Made by a program: the position numbers and the translations under genes. From the NCBI GenBank assembly GCA_037379345.1, contig CM074522.1, forward strand, positions 4,402,001 to 4,466,000: a stretch of 64,000 bases of DNA. The letters run 5' to 3'. Origin of the DNA: Perna viridis. Taxonomy: Eukaryota. Each line of letters starts with the position of its first letter. The stretch's first letter is position 1. The notes under the pieces were generated by a model that did not search any database, was not told the DNA's origin, and saw only the letters and a program-made list of their open reading frames with translations. Positions 1 to 12,516 of this stretch are shown here, in pieces.

Positions 1-266
1 GATTCCTCATGAAACAGGGATCTTATTTTATTGTTTTGTTTTCAATTTGTGATTGTTGATTAGTTTAAAAATAATAACCATAAACAAATGTACTTGTTTA
101 ATTTTAGTTTTTACACACACTGGTAACATTGAATTTGAATCCATATCTCATTCCTATGAAAAAGTAATTAGATAAAGATTCCAACATAGTCTTGATCTCT
201 AAAGTTTCATCAACATTAAGAAAGATCATCATTGACATAATATGTAGGTTTATGTCACTCTGGATC

Positions 267-1286
267 CTAGTTTTCAGTCTGTTTTGGATTCGTCGATCTC
301 TGCTGCACCCTTATGACGTTTTGCTGAATATCAACTTCAGAAGGCAATATTGAGTTTTTGCATGGTTTGAAATATTTCACGTTTTCATATAATAATGATC
401 GAAAAGACTTGATTCTAAGAAGATAGATAAAAGGGTTAAGTACGGAACTTAAACCGGCGAATAAAAAAGTCGCGTTCCGAAGATACCTCGATGACGTAAT
501 TTTCGATACATACCCGTCTTTTAAGTACACTACAGCCAGCGGAGTATTACATACTAAATATAAAATTGCTATTAGTCCAGTTGTTACACAAAGTTTCACA
601 TCTGATATTTTAATCTGTCTGGTTGCATTTTCTCTAAGTCGTAAATTGTATCGCAAAAGAAATTGAAGAAGAATTCCCATAGAAATAAAAACTCCGACAT
701 GAGCTAGAGCAAAAATCAATCCGAACAAACCGTAAGCTTGTCTTTTATTATCTCCAAACATTTCATCAAATGAACATTGAACATGTGTCTTATAGCTAGT
801 TACATGCGTACATCCCATAATTATTGAAATAAGTACCGCTAAAGTCCAAGACACGACAATAATTGATACTGAAACTTTATTCCGTTTCATCCTTATATTT
901 GTAGCGTTAAAGCACACTACCAACACCCTGTCCAGGCAAATTGCAAGAACTTGAAACATAGAGGCCATAAATGTTATCGCTAAAATAAAACAACGCGTAT
1001 AACAATTTGCAAAACCCATTTCCGTTCCGCTTAATGTGTCAGTAACAAGTAACCATGATATCCCAAGAAATGCGTCTGTAAAACTTAGGCTAAGAACATG
1101 CATATATCCTAATTTTGTTTTCCTCCAAAATGAAGCAATGACAATAAAAATTGAAGGAAGATTTACACAAATGGTTGCTGTCCCAAAACAGTAAAGTACT
1201 ACTTGAAATATAACTGGAACCTTTTTGGTCGATGTCAGTATTATTTCCTTGTCAGTACTGTTTGTAGTATTTAAAATATTTTCCAT
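267..1286 (-). CDS. Class A (rhodopsin-like) orphan GPCR, single coding exon, ~339 aa
   Basis: Seven hydrophobic segments with TM1 N (ICVNL), TM2 LSFTD, TM3 Cys and DRV (DRY-like), ECL2 Cys (QCSF), TM6 CNTP and TM7 NPFIY, plus N-terminal N-glycosylation sites (NTT, NST). Likely start is MENILN at 1286. The track's extension to 1412 runs through an (AT)n repeat that lies in a probable 5' UTR intron (donor GTAAGT ~1499, acceptor CACAG ~1334). Confidence 0.88.
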   Translation of the reverse strand: MENILNTTNSTDKEIILTSTKKVPVIFQVVLYCFGTATICVNLPSIFIVIASFWRKTKLGYMHVLSLSFTDAFLGISWLLVTDTLSGTEMGFANCYTRCFILAITFMASMFQVLAICLDRVLVVCFNATNIRMKRNKVSVSIIVVSWTLAVLISIIMGCTHVTSYKTHVQCSFDEMFGDNKRQAYGLFGLIFALAHVGVFISMGILLQFLLRYNLRLRENATRQIKISDVKLCVTTGLIAILYLVCNTPLAVVYLKDGYVSKITSSRYLRNATFLFAGLSSVLNPFIYLLRIKSFRSLLYENVKYFKPCKNSILPSEVDIQQNVIRVQQRSTNPKQTEN

Positions 1287-1360
1287 ATCCAGCTTGGTGG
1301 AATTATGACAAAGCGCTAATCCGCTAACGGTAGCTGTGGTATATATTTTATGTATGAAGT

Positions 1361-1362
<2 letters not shown>

Positions 1363-1402
<40 letters not shown>
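1363..1402. repeat. (AT)n microsatellite
   Basis: About 19-20 uninterrupted AT units. Confidence 0.95.
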
Positions 1403-1405
<3 letters not shown>

Positions 1406-1689
1406 GAAACATTCACTAACAGTTCGATAATTAATCAAAGTGTTCCTAGATATTTAACTGCCCTATACGTTCGACTGTTTCAGTTAACCAAACACTTACT
1501 CTAAGAATGATGTTGTTGTAGGTGAATGAGTTACTTGATGTTCAGGTATATATTTCAGATTTTTATAACGATAATCGATTTCACACCTCTTCATAGAGAT
1601 GCCAACTATTTAGTAGACTGAGTTTGTATGAAATTATCACAATTATCAGCATTCCATACAAAGTAGTGCAATTACATAAAAAGAGTATT

Positions 1690-2937
1690 TGCCAACACAT
1701 ATTAACAGAGCAGCCGCCAACTCAGATTAAAAGAGCAGCCGCCAACACATTAACAGGGCAGCCGCCAACACATATCAACAGACCAGCCGCCAACACATAT
1801 TAACAGAGCAGCCGCCAACACTTATTAACAGAGCAGCCACCGACGCGTATTAACAGACCAGCCGCCATCACGTATTAACAGACCAGCCACCAACACATAT
1901 TAACAGACCAGCTGCCAACACATATTAACAGACCACCCGCCAACACATATTAACAAACCAGCCGTCAACACATACTAACAGAGCAGCCGCCAACACATAT
2001 TAACAGAGCAGCCGCCATCACGTATTAACAGAGTAGCCGCCAACACATATTAACAGACCAGCCGCCAACACATATTAACAGACCAGTCGCCATGACAGAT
2101 TAACAGACCAGCCGCCAACACAAATTAACAGTGCAGCCGCCAACACATATTAACAGACCAGCCGCGGACACATATTAACAGACCAGTCGCCCACACATAT
2201 TAACAGTCCAGCCGCCAACACATATTAACAGACCAGTCGCCCACACATATTAACAGTCCAGCCGCCAACACATTAATTGAGCAGCCGCCAACACATATTA
2301 GCAGACCAGCCACCAACACATTAACAGAGCAGCCACCAACACATATTAACAGACCAGCCGCCAACACATACTAACAGAGCAACCGCCAACACATATTAAC
2401 AGACCAGCCGCCATCACGTATTAACAAAGCAGCCGCCAACACATATTAAAAGAGCAGCCGCCAACACATATTAACAGACCAGCCGCCAACACATATTAAC
2501 AGAGCAGCCGCCAAAACATTAACAGAGCAGCCGCCAACACATATTAACAGACCAGCCGCCAACAAATTAACAGAGCAGCCGCCAATACATATTAACAGAC
2601 CAGCCGCCGACACATATTAACAGACCAGCCGCCAACAAATTAACAGAGCAGCCGCCAACACATATTAACAGAGCAGCCGCCGACACATATCAACAGACCA
2701 GCCGCCAACATATTAACAGAGCATCCGCCAATACATATTAACAGAGCAGTCGCCAACACATATTAACGGACCAGCCGCCAACAAATTAACAGAGCAGCCG
2801 CCAACACATTAACAGAGCATCCGCCGACACATACTAACAGAGCAGCCGCCAACACATACTAACAGAGCAGCCGCCAACACATATTAAAAGAGCAGCAGCC
2901 AACACGTATTAACAGACCAGCCGCTAACACATATTAA
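1690..2937. repeat. 25-bp minisatellite, about 50 copies
   Basis: Consensus CAACACATATTAACAGA(C/G)CAGCCGC in contiguous tandem copies, with recurrent 23-bp variants and no spacers. Confidence 0.95.
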
Positions 2938-5146
2938 TTAGTGTTGAAAACTTTGACTTCACTTTTACTGTTAGAAGTGTGACATTGTTTACAATTATCT
3001 TTAATAATTGTCTCGTTCATTTCTCTTAGTTTAACTTCCAATTAACTTCAGCAGTGAATATCGGATTAAAACCAATTTTAACTGATACTTTCATTTGCAA
3101 ACATGTTTCTATTAGTTATCATTAATGTTTTTTTTTTACTTGACTTGATTATGGATTGGATTAGTGTTTGGTGGTTTTGTTGTTACCCTTTTTTTGTATA
3201 AATACAATGTCGGAATAATTGTTTAAATCTATTACATATTTAAGACGTTTTCTTGTAGGAAAGGAGCTATTTTTAATCGGATAATGATATAATAAACGAA
3301 GGATCGCCATGTTTTGTGACTGATATTCGGTCGAAGGGGTAAAGCGATAAAGCAAGACTTGATTGGACTTCGCTTTACGCCTGCTAAAAATATCATTACT
3401 GAAGTACGTCTGTCATTAATTACCGACATGACAATATTAAGCTTTTATGTTCTTCCTAGATTTTATTTCGAGTCTCATTGTTTTTTTTTCCATTTTCATT
3501 AATAGAAAATATTCAATATTGCACTTTCTTTTTGGTACAAATACTTGAATAAAATATATAAATAATAAAAGCGTCGTCAGAATCTGTCATTTTCATATGT
3601 ACTGGCATGCTAATATCATACTGATGATCATATATACACAATGATGCAGTGGCAAATAACATGTCCTACAAAGCAAGGATTATTTGCATCTGAAATCAGT
3701 GTTCTATATTTCAGAATGAACAAATAGCTTTTCGAACGATAATCCTGTCTCAAATGTCAAATAATAAAATTGATTTACTGCTCTTGCCTGTTGATAGTGC
3801 AAGTATTTAACTATTTAACAAATCAGATTGATTACCAATTATTGAACTCTTAATGTACAACAATCCTGGGTTTATGTCGGTCATACAGCATTTAAGGCCA
3901 CTTTCTGTCAGATAGATATGGCGCTCTCAGTTATGCAAAGGTCATTAGTACCATTCATAAAGATTACCGTGAAAAGGACTTTGTCCTCTATAATAACCTG
4001 ACCGTGTGTACCTACAAACTTTGTACTCATCTATTTTGTATGGTGCTTCAGGCTCCTGCGTGTCCGTATTCCATCTAAGCTCACGCCCTTCACATCATTT
4101 TAGGTCACTGACACATATGATTGTAATTAAGGTGAAACTAATTCGGCTATGTTTGATAGTTAATAGCCGGTTGTACATACAATATGCTATTTTCTTGCAC
4201 CCTTGACATAATATGACATTTTGCAAATGAACAACAATGGTCATGATACCGCAAGAATTTAAGTTCGTACGCAACAGTCACGTTTAAAATACAAATTAAG
4301 ACAGATTAACTGGGTCTTACTTGAAGGTTAACACATTAATTATTATCTTTTGACCAAGTTAGCCTCTTTCTCGTGCGTTTTTCCAACATTGATGTATACA
4401 CTCAATCATTTTGTGCTTCAGGCGAATAAAATGATGAAGAGTAGTGGCACAGTGGTGTTTGGTTGTATGTTATATCATATATGTACATTATAAATTCTAA
4501 GAATACAATAGTCCCACCTATTTGGTCGTGTAAAGTTGGTAGATACGGTAGGAGTTAATAACACTTTCATGTTTTTATGTTCACGATATTGCAAAAATAT
4601 ATTAACTATTTCCTGGGGTTTTATTATCGTGCATTAATTTAAATAGTAATATTATGCTAGGTTTATAAAAGATAAATAAAACTTCTGCTATAAACTTGTT
4701 TAAAGGATATTACCATTGGACTACGACACCAAAGTGTAAGTTTTAGAACATTTGATTGTAAGCATCTTAAGAACTGTTCTATAGTACTTAACAATAGTTT
4801 ATAATTTTGCTTATTTTTCTAATACGTATACAATATGATATTTCTTTTTTTGTAAAAAGAGTTATTTCATTTGAAATCAGTTCATTACACGAAAGTTATA
4901 ACCATAAGTACTGCCGTTTTATATACACAACACAAGAAACGCACTATGTTCGTTCATTTATATTTTTTTTTGGGGGGGGATATGAAATTCAGAGAAATTT
5001 ATCTTTCAAATTAATGAAATCGAATTCTTTTTTTTTTACTTTTTGGCAGTGGAATGTGTGAATTTTTGCACTTTTCAAAATTGGATTGGACTTACTTAAA
5101 TAAAATGCTCTGTTGCCACAACAGAAGCGCAAACTCTATATGCACT

Positions 5147-5335
5147 TGTTAAGCAGACTAACTGGGTGTATGTACGTGTTAAGCAGACTATCTGGGAATT
5201 TGTACGTGTTAATGTTAAGCAGACTATCTGGGAATTTGTACGCGTTAATGTTAAGCAGACTATCTGGGTATTTGTACGTGTTAAGCAGACTATCTGGGTA
5301 TATGTACGTGTTAAGCAGACTATCTGGGTATTTAA
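5147..5335. repeat. 30/36-bp tandem repeat, about 6 copies
   Basis: Repeated unit GTTAAGCAGACTATCTGGG(A/T)ATTTGTACGT(GTTAAT). It accounts for the repetitive ORFs 5113..5343 and 5166..5483. Confidence 0.9.
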
Positions 5336-5344
5336 GTACTTAAA

Positions 5345-5560
5345 GAATTACTGTTATATCCTTCTGGTCTATGAGGAAATAACCTCAATCACGTGGTGCA
5401 CCCTAAATAACCTGCATGACAGTTTTTTTCTAGTTTGCACCACGGGTATTGGGAATATTTTAAATAGACCAAAAAGAATATAAGAGTCATTCCTTACAAT
5501 GTAATTTAAGTATCAAAATTTAAGGAGTAAATCAGCAAAAAAAGTTAGGTGACGTCACAG
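5345..5560. repeat. Dispersed repeat with an inverted copy at ~22965-23190
   Basis: TATGAGGAAATAACCTCAATCACGTGGTGCAC... matches the reverse complement of 23080-23150, and the similarity continues through the flanks. Confidence 0.65.
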
Positions 5561-7283
5561 TCAAATCACGAAATTTAGTCTATAAGATAAAGGACATTTT
5601 TTTATCCAGAGAGCGTGCTACATCTGAAATTGAATTATTTCAAATAATTTGACAAATTATTCAAACTTAACATAGCACAACTAGTAAGAAGTGATGTGTT
5701 TCTTTTGTATCTCAGTATGCGTTGGTGTGTTGTTTTAAATCAAATAATTTACAATTGAGCTCTGCTCTTAAAAAAGTAGATCTTAGTAACATGTTAATAA
5801 TAACATTTTATTGAAAATAAAATGATTTATGTGGCTACATTTCCCCCTTTTTGACCCTCACTATGTTATCTAATGTAGCCAATATCACCAGCTGCATTTA
5901 ATTCATGCATACCAATGCAGATCATCCAATCAAATTAGCGCGATTGATCACATGTTCACTTTTTAATCTTGATCAAGAAGGCCTGTTGTGATTTTTTGTT
6001 TAGTTGATTACCCACCTCCTCCCCTTACTACCTCCGATATCTTTTTTCAATATTGGCTATGGCCGGTTTTTTTTTTTAGGCCATACCTTTTTTGTTGTAA
6101 GGAATTTCGTATACGTTTTAGGGAGTGTCAACTGAATTATCAATTTTATATTATTTGTCTCATCTCTGACAGTGACACCACATTTTAATGTACATATGTT
6201 ACTTATTTTTACTGTTTGATTATCGTCATTTAATAAATGACATTTATGGGTTATTTTGTTTTATTTATGTCCTTACCAAAAAACTTATTGGAGTAGCTTG
6301 CACAGTTGCTCTCCTCCTTTTCTCTAAAGGAATAACTTAAGAATTGGTGCAATATAAATATGTTTTTCCGACGCAGTCGTCATAGTTTCGCTTTTTACCC
6401 TTTGACCTTAAGGTTGCTCTTCTATGGAAACGCAAGTCACCTGATAGCAATTCTGTTTCCCGATTGGCCAAATACCGATAATTTAGTGGCGTTCCTAAAA
6501 ACTGTATAGAAAATTTGAATTTGCTTTCGAAAGAACTGTATCGAAAATTTTAAATTGCGTGTCGTGTTATTTTCTTGAAAGAAATCAATGATTTATAAAT
6601 ATTTTCTGTAACTCCTTGAAGAAATGTAGAAACGTAGGAGTAAAATTTTAATGCGTCGACTATGTTTTGGTAAAGACAGTACTTGTTTAATGTGTCTTTT
6701 GATTTACTTTTTTTGTCACGGAAAAAATAATGAACCTAAAATGAAATGACTTCTACCTTTTATTTGTAAGCACTATTTATATTGTTAAGGTATTAAGTGT
6801 TTATTTACAATGATGAAGGGAAAAATACCGTATATTTCCATTATTCTTATATTTCTATTTAATCATTGCAAGCACCTCTCAGTCTATACTGTTGTGTTAA
6901 AGAGTGATTGACTGATTATAGTTTAACGCCCTATTGCTGATTGTATGCATATTAACACGCTTTAATCATTCGAATGCACCTTTCTTTGCACTAGAGCAAC
7001 ACGCTAAGTTGGATATTTTATTAGCTTACAAACAAACAAACTGCGAACGACGTTCCATGAATACAGAATTTATACTAAATTCACCTGTAATTGGTGCAAA
7101 TAAAATAGTTTATTTTTAGCGCAAACCAAATATGGTTTGTTGCGCAAATGAAATATTAAATGGCCCAGAAGCAATGTGTCGTATAAATGACTGTTGGTAA
7201 AAATAACACGATAAGCACCCATATTGTTGGTCAGCTTAATGTTCCATTGTTTTGTTCGTCACGAGCCAATCTGTGGTTCAACT

Positions 7284-8560
7284 GAAATGGAACGCATTAC
7301 ACAAATCACCTCAAACATATTTATTAATATCCTAACGCGACCTCATTTTAATCACATGACCACGTTCTATCCAAACCTTCTTGTTGTAGAAACGTTACCT
7401 AATCAATTAGCTCCAGCACAGAATAGATTTTGCCTATCACAATTAAGTAGCACCCCAGCTAAGAATCATGCAAAATGTGATACATGGATGGAAAGCCTAC
7501 ATATTTTTTTATTTTTAATATTTTGCTTAAAATGCTTTAGTACACAGAAATTAACATTTGTTTTTCTTATAACCCGTGCTCGTATGAGATAAAAATTATA
7601 TAGAATGCACTGTAGATTTAAAAATTAAGGGAGATTACTCTGTAAATGGCATTCAAATACAATAGAATCTACTGTATTTTCAATGTTGTTTATCTCCTAA
7701 GAGCAGACAGATTGGAATGAATAATTACACATTCATAATTCATAATACACCCATAAAACAACTTAATTACAAAAATAAAAATATGTAGCCTTTTTTTGGT
7801 GTGTATCACATTTTTCAGACTTTTCATGATTCTTACAAAGACAGCTACTTAATAGCTGAGTTTTAATAACAGGTTGATGGTTTATATGTATTTCCTTTTT
7901 GATTGTTCAACCGATGATATGCCAGGATTTATCAGGGGAAAGAGTTCAGATTTGATTGTTGGGGTTTAACGTCCGAGCAGCAATATTTCAGCTATATTCA
8001 GACGATGAACATGAAATAGATGATAAAATGAACATGAAATGATGATGAAATGAAAAAGGGATGGGACACAAGGACAATGGGGTCGACAAATTTTGATTGC
8101 CACTGGAAATAGGGAGAGGTGGGTAGGGTCGGGCAATTTAGCCTCCTGTGGCGGAGCCCTATGGTTTCTACTCCGGGAGAATACCACAGTAGGGTTCTCT
8201 AACGTGCGAGGAACGTGGCATCTTTCCCAACACGATGCACCACTATGGTTTGCAGTCAGGTTTTCCGTATTATAGCCTGAAAACCCCAGCATTTAACACG
8301 CCAGGGGTACCCCATTCCACCGCCTGGGGCACACATCCCAGTTGCTCTGTGGGCAGAGCGCCCTAGCCCCCGGCTAGGGTTCTGAGCACTATTTAGTCGC
8401 ATTTTACGACAAGCTTAGCGCTGCTGCAGGCCTATTCTTGTAACACCCGGACCTGCACGGGGGAAAGGTAGGGTCCGGCAATTTATCCTCCTAAAATTGG
8501 GTCGCGTTAGGATATTAATAAACATTATTGAGGTGATTTGTATAATGCGTTTCATTTCAT
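7284..8560. mobile_element. Foldback/MITE-like element with nested inverted repeats, interrupted by a retroelement
   Basis: 7284-7343 is the imperfect reverse complement of 8500-8560. An inner inverted pair lies at ~7444-7520 and ~7770-7852. Confidence 0.6.
7951..8462 (-). mobile_element. Non-autonomous RTE-like/SINE-like retroelement, long copy
   Basis: Near-identical ends to 35251-35506. On the minus strand it has a 5' GCTTGTCGTAAAATGCGACTAAAT hairpin and a 3' end GGACGTTAAACCCCAACAA with a short CAA-rich tail. Confidence 0.65.
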
Positions 8561-11452
8561 TGCGGAGCGCAAATGTTCCTATTCTTAATGAATACCTTAC
8601 CACTGCAGGGTTCTTTAACATTTGAGGAACGTGGCATCACGTTGCACCACTATGGTTTACAGTCAGGTTTTCCGTGTTACGGCCTGACGACCCCAGCTTC
8701 AGAAGCTGTAGAGGAAAATTCAGATTAAAGGAACCGGATAAAAAACAAAATAGTTAATAATCTTTCACGAGAATAAAATTGTAAGACAGTAAGAGTATAA
8801 ATGGGTTTGGGAGAAATATTTTTGGTTACTTGAACTGACCTGATGGTTCCTTTTTTGAAAAAAATTGTTCACTGATTGTAAAATTTGGACACAAATGAGA
8901 AATAATGGCCTAGGTACAATCTCTTCTATTTTGTCCCGGAACCCTCAGAATCTCCAAATCAACCCCAGTATCTGAACCCCAGTGAAAGAAAGGCTATGTC
9001 ATTCAAATTGTTCTTTTTTTTTCACCAAAACTTTTCTCTTTTCATTTTTGAAGTACCGCCTACATTTCAAACGATTGTGGTTTTTCTATTAATTAAAAAT
9101 GTAAAACAAAACAGAAATTAAAAATATTGCTCCTTGCTCCGTTGTTGTTTGATAAAGTTACTGTCATTATGAATCAAAATTAGATCTAGATAAAAATGTC
9201 ACTTTTCTATACACATGTTCATTCTAAATAAATAATTCATAACATTAAGGTTTTTCATCCATTTGTATTTCGACCATTAGGGCCATTAACAGATCAGTAT
9301 TGTATCTCGTCAATAATGTTTGTGTAATAACTAACCATAATGTAAGCGAAAGGCTGAACGATCTATAAACCAGTGTTAACCCAGCATTTCTATCAAATAT
9401 ACTTGTATCAAGTCAGGACCAATACGGTGGGTTCCAACCATACGGCTTTTCACTTGATCACGCCACTTGTTATGCGGGCTCTACGTTTTGATTATTACTT
9501 TTGACTATTGCCTTGAGTTTATCAGTTATCACCCTCCATAACACTAAATGTTATAATGAAACTGAAGAATTGTCCTTGAAACACTAGACTTTAGTTTGAC
9601 CTTTCAGAAGTAAGAATACTTAGAGTGTAATTCTAAATTGGTATCTACTTTAATGTTGAACTTGGTGACATTAAATTATCGTTATTCACTTATATACTGT
9701 ATAATCAAACGGTGTGGCTTTATGAATTAAAAATGTCATATGGGAATCATTGAGATATTACATGTAACCTTTAATGATAATGTTGCGCTTATATTTGTTC
9801 AATCTGAAAAATTCATTGTATACAGGTATCTAGTATGATATAAGCAAGTGGCCGTTGGTATTGTTATACCATCATTGAAACCCCATTGCCAATACAGGTT
9901 GAATCTCTATACCTTACCTCTGAGTAAAACGATAGTAATGTATTAACGGCTATATATTCGTGTTATTCAAATCAAAGTTATTACAAACCTGATAGTGTGT
10001 GTTGCCAAATGAATATAATGGTTTCGTTGTTGATTTCATTTCGGTTTTCAACTGAAAAATGTAGAAGAACAGATAATAATAATAAAAAAAGAATTCATAC
10101 AGGGAAACGCAACACTATCTTGCATCTCCGTATCACTTTAATCCAAAACAGTTAATACCTTCAGATGTCACCATAACGTCTTCAACAATTGTACACAAAC
10201 ACATTTAAGTAAGCTCTAAAAGGCCCTTATAACAATGACAAAACAAATCACAATAACAGGACGATGACAATTCCTCAAAATCAAACTAAAAAGTAATATA
10301 ACGACACAAAGAAACATTAATGACCAACATATCCTTACTCAGGACAGACACATGACACCGGCGGTGGTGTTTAACTAGTTATATAAGTCTTTAACTTTCC
10401 CCTTTAATGTAAATTAAAAACAAGAAGTAAAAGAACAAACAAACAAACACAAATCCCTTCTCTGTTTCAAATTCCAAACTTCAAATTAGAGTTTTAGGTT
10501 TGATCGACATACAAAGTAACATATTTTCGTATGCATATTGTACAATACTCACACATTAATATCTTTAAATAGGCTTATTCGTTAGGGATATAGTTCTGAT
10601 GTTGTTAAAGATGGCATGTTTTATATTATCTATTCGCTCATAGGATCTTTAAATGGAAACTAACACACTATATTTAAAAGCAATTTTCGGCATGACACGG
10701 ATATGACTTACTACATCACGGCGGCGTTATTATCTCTGATAAAATCTATTTACCTCATCCATTCTCGTTATATTTAGCCGTTGATAGGAAGGTGTAGACA
10801 TTTATATATGGAAAAAAATAATTTTAGACTTTTTTGGAAAAATACATATGTTAGAATGAGGTTTCAAAATAAATATTGATATTACGAGAACGGATACGAT
10901 GAGTATGTACAACCCCACCGGAAGACCAAGGCTACCCATCGGTCTTCGAGGAACGACGATGAATCCGTCATACCACTTATGTACATTAGTATTTGATGTA
11001 ATTTGTCTGTTTCATTGGGAAAAAAACTGTACGATGTATATGAAAAACAAAGAACATTCTATGAACACTGTGTGTATATATATCAAATGGTCGTCATTAA
11101 GTGGTATTAAATTTCAACATCCGAAACAGTGGCACATTTTGAAATACGCATATGCTTTAACGGGAACATTGGAAGTATCTAAACATACATGTTAAACTTT
11201 TCGCGTCTCAGTTAAAGATCAACATATTGTATTTAAAAATAAGTCATATTGCAACAAAATGTGATATTATTCATTCAGTTTCGAAATAAGTTCTTGACGT
11301 TCTTGAAATAGAACTGTAATCAAAGTTGCATCTTAAAATTGAAATTAAAATGATAGTTACTCGAACGTATGATGACCTGAGTGTTACTGTTTTATTATTG
11401 ACGTTCATTTATTTTTGTTGAGTAAATGACATCCGTTTCAATTTGTGCGATA

Positions 11453-12157
11453 CAGTCAAATCTGGATAAGCCTAAGTCAAAGAGACAATGGTAAATTATT
11501 CGAGTTATCCGAATTTCTAGTTATCAGATGTCGTATATAAATCGGACAAATATTGGTTGGTGATAGTTTCTGCTTTTTTTTTACAAATGATTTGTTGTGC
11601 TTGTCTTTGTACGATCTGATAATAAGAAAAAAAATTGTCCGTGATATATATCAGATATATTGTACATGCTGTACTACATCGATTGTTTTTGTGGTAAATC
11701 GAATTAATTTCTTTCTATATCGATAATGTCAATGGAGCATATTCTATGTTGTCGTGAATACATAAATCATGAGGAATAACGTCAAACTAAGTGCATTTAA
11801 ATTAAAGATTCACTAGTGGAACGAACGTAATTGTAATATTTTAAGTTACGGTGTGTAGATAAATAAGGGGACACCATTTTAACGAATAAAAGTTGAGTAT
11901 AATGTTTATACTTATCAAACTATCGAATATCATTGCTGGTGTAATAAAAATTCGTTTCTTTTTAGTACCCGAGCTATTTTGTAATAATCAAATACGCAAT
12001 CTTAAGCTACATAGGGGTCAATAAATAATTACATTGGTTACTATGTAAAAAAAATTAATCATCGTTAACAATTAAAACATTCACATTTCCCACTATTAAA
12101 GCCGACCTCTAGACATCAGGATATTTACATCGAACACCTATCGAGGGGATTGACTGA
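11453..12157. mobile_element. Degenerate Tc1/mariner-type MITE
   Basis: Left end TA-CAGTCAAATCTGGATAAG and right end ...CGAGGGGATTGACTG, with repeated TTCGAG(T/C)TA subterminal motifs. Confidence 0.4.
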
Positions 12158-12516
12158 AAACCTCGAGTTATCCCAGATTTCGATTATTTCAAGTTCAAGT
12201 CATTCGAGCTGAAATTGTTTCGGGACTGTCAAAATAGTTCGAGTAATACGAGATTTCGTCTTTTCCGAGCTGTTCAACATACCGAGGTTAATTCATTTCT
12301 TTACATACTGATATTTGCAACAAAAACACGTTGACAGTTTGATTGTTAAAGGGACAATCCTTTATTATAGGAAATAAAAATCAATTACTTATTTTTATAT
12401 TTTATTATATGTGACGATGCGTGATGAGTGACTTTCTCTTTGTCAGTTCTGTAAAAAAAATTATGCATACATCTTTAATTCCGTCTGATTACTATATTCA
12501 CACTTTTAGATTCAAA

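Noticed and set aside
1287-1412. N-terminal extension MFHNIYIYIY... of the GPCR
   Set aside because: It is the translation of an (AT)n repeat inside a probable 5' UTR intron.
1690-2937. CRISPR-like array
   Set aside because: Units are contiguous with no unique spacers, there are no cas genes, and the context is eukaryotic. It is a minisatellite.
5113-5483. Repetitive ORFs (LSRLSG and VKQTIW repeats)
   Set aside because: They are translations of a 30/36-bp tandem repeat, with no gene structure.
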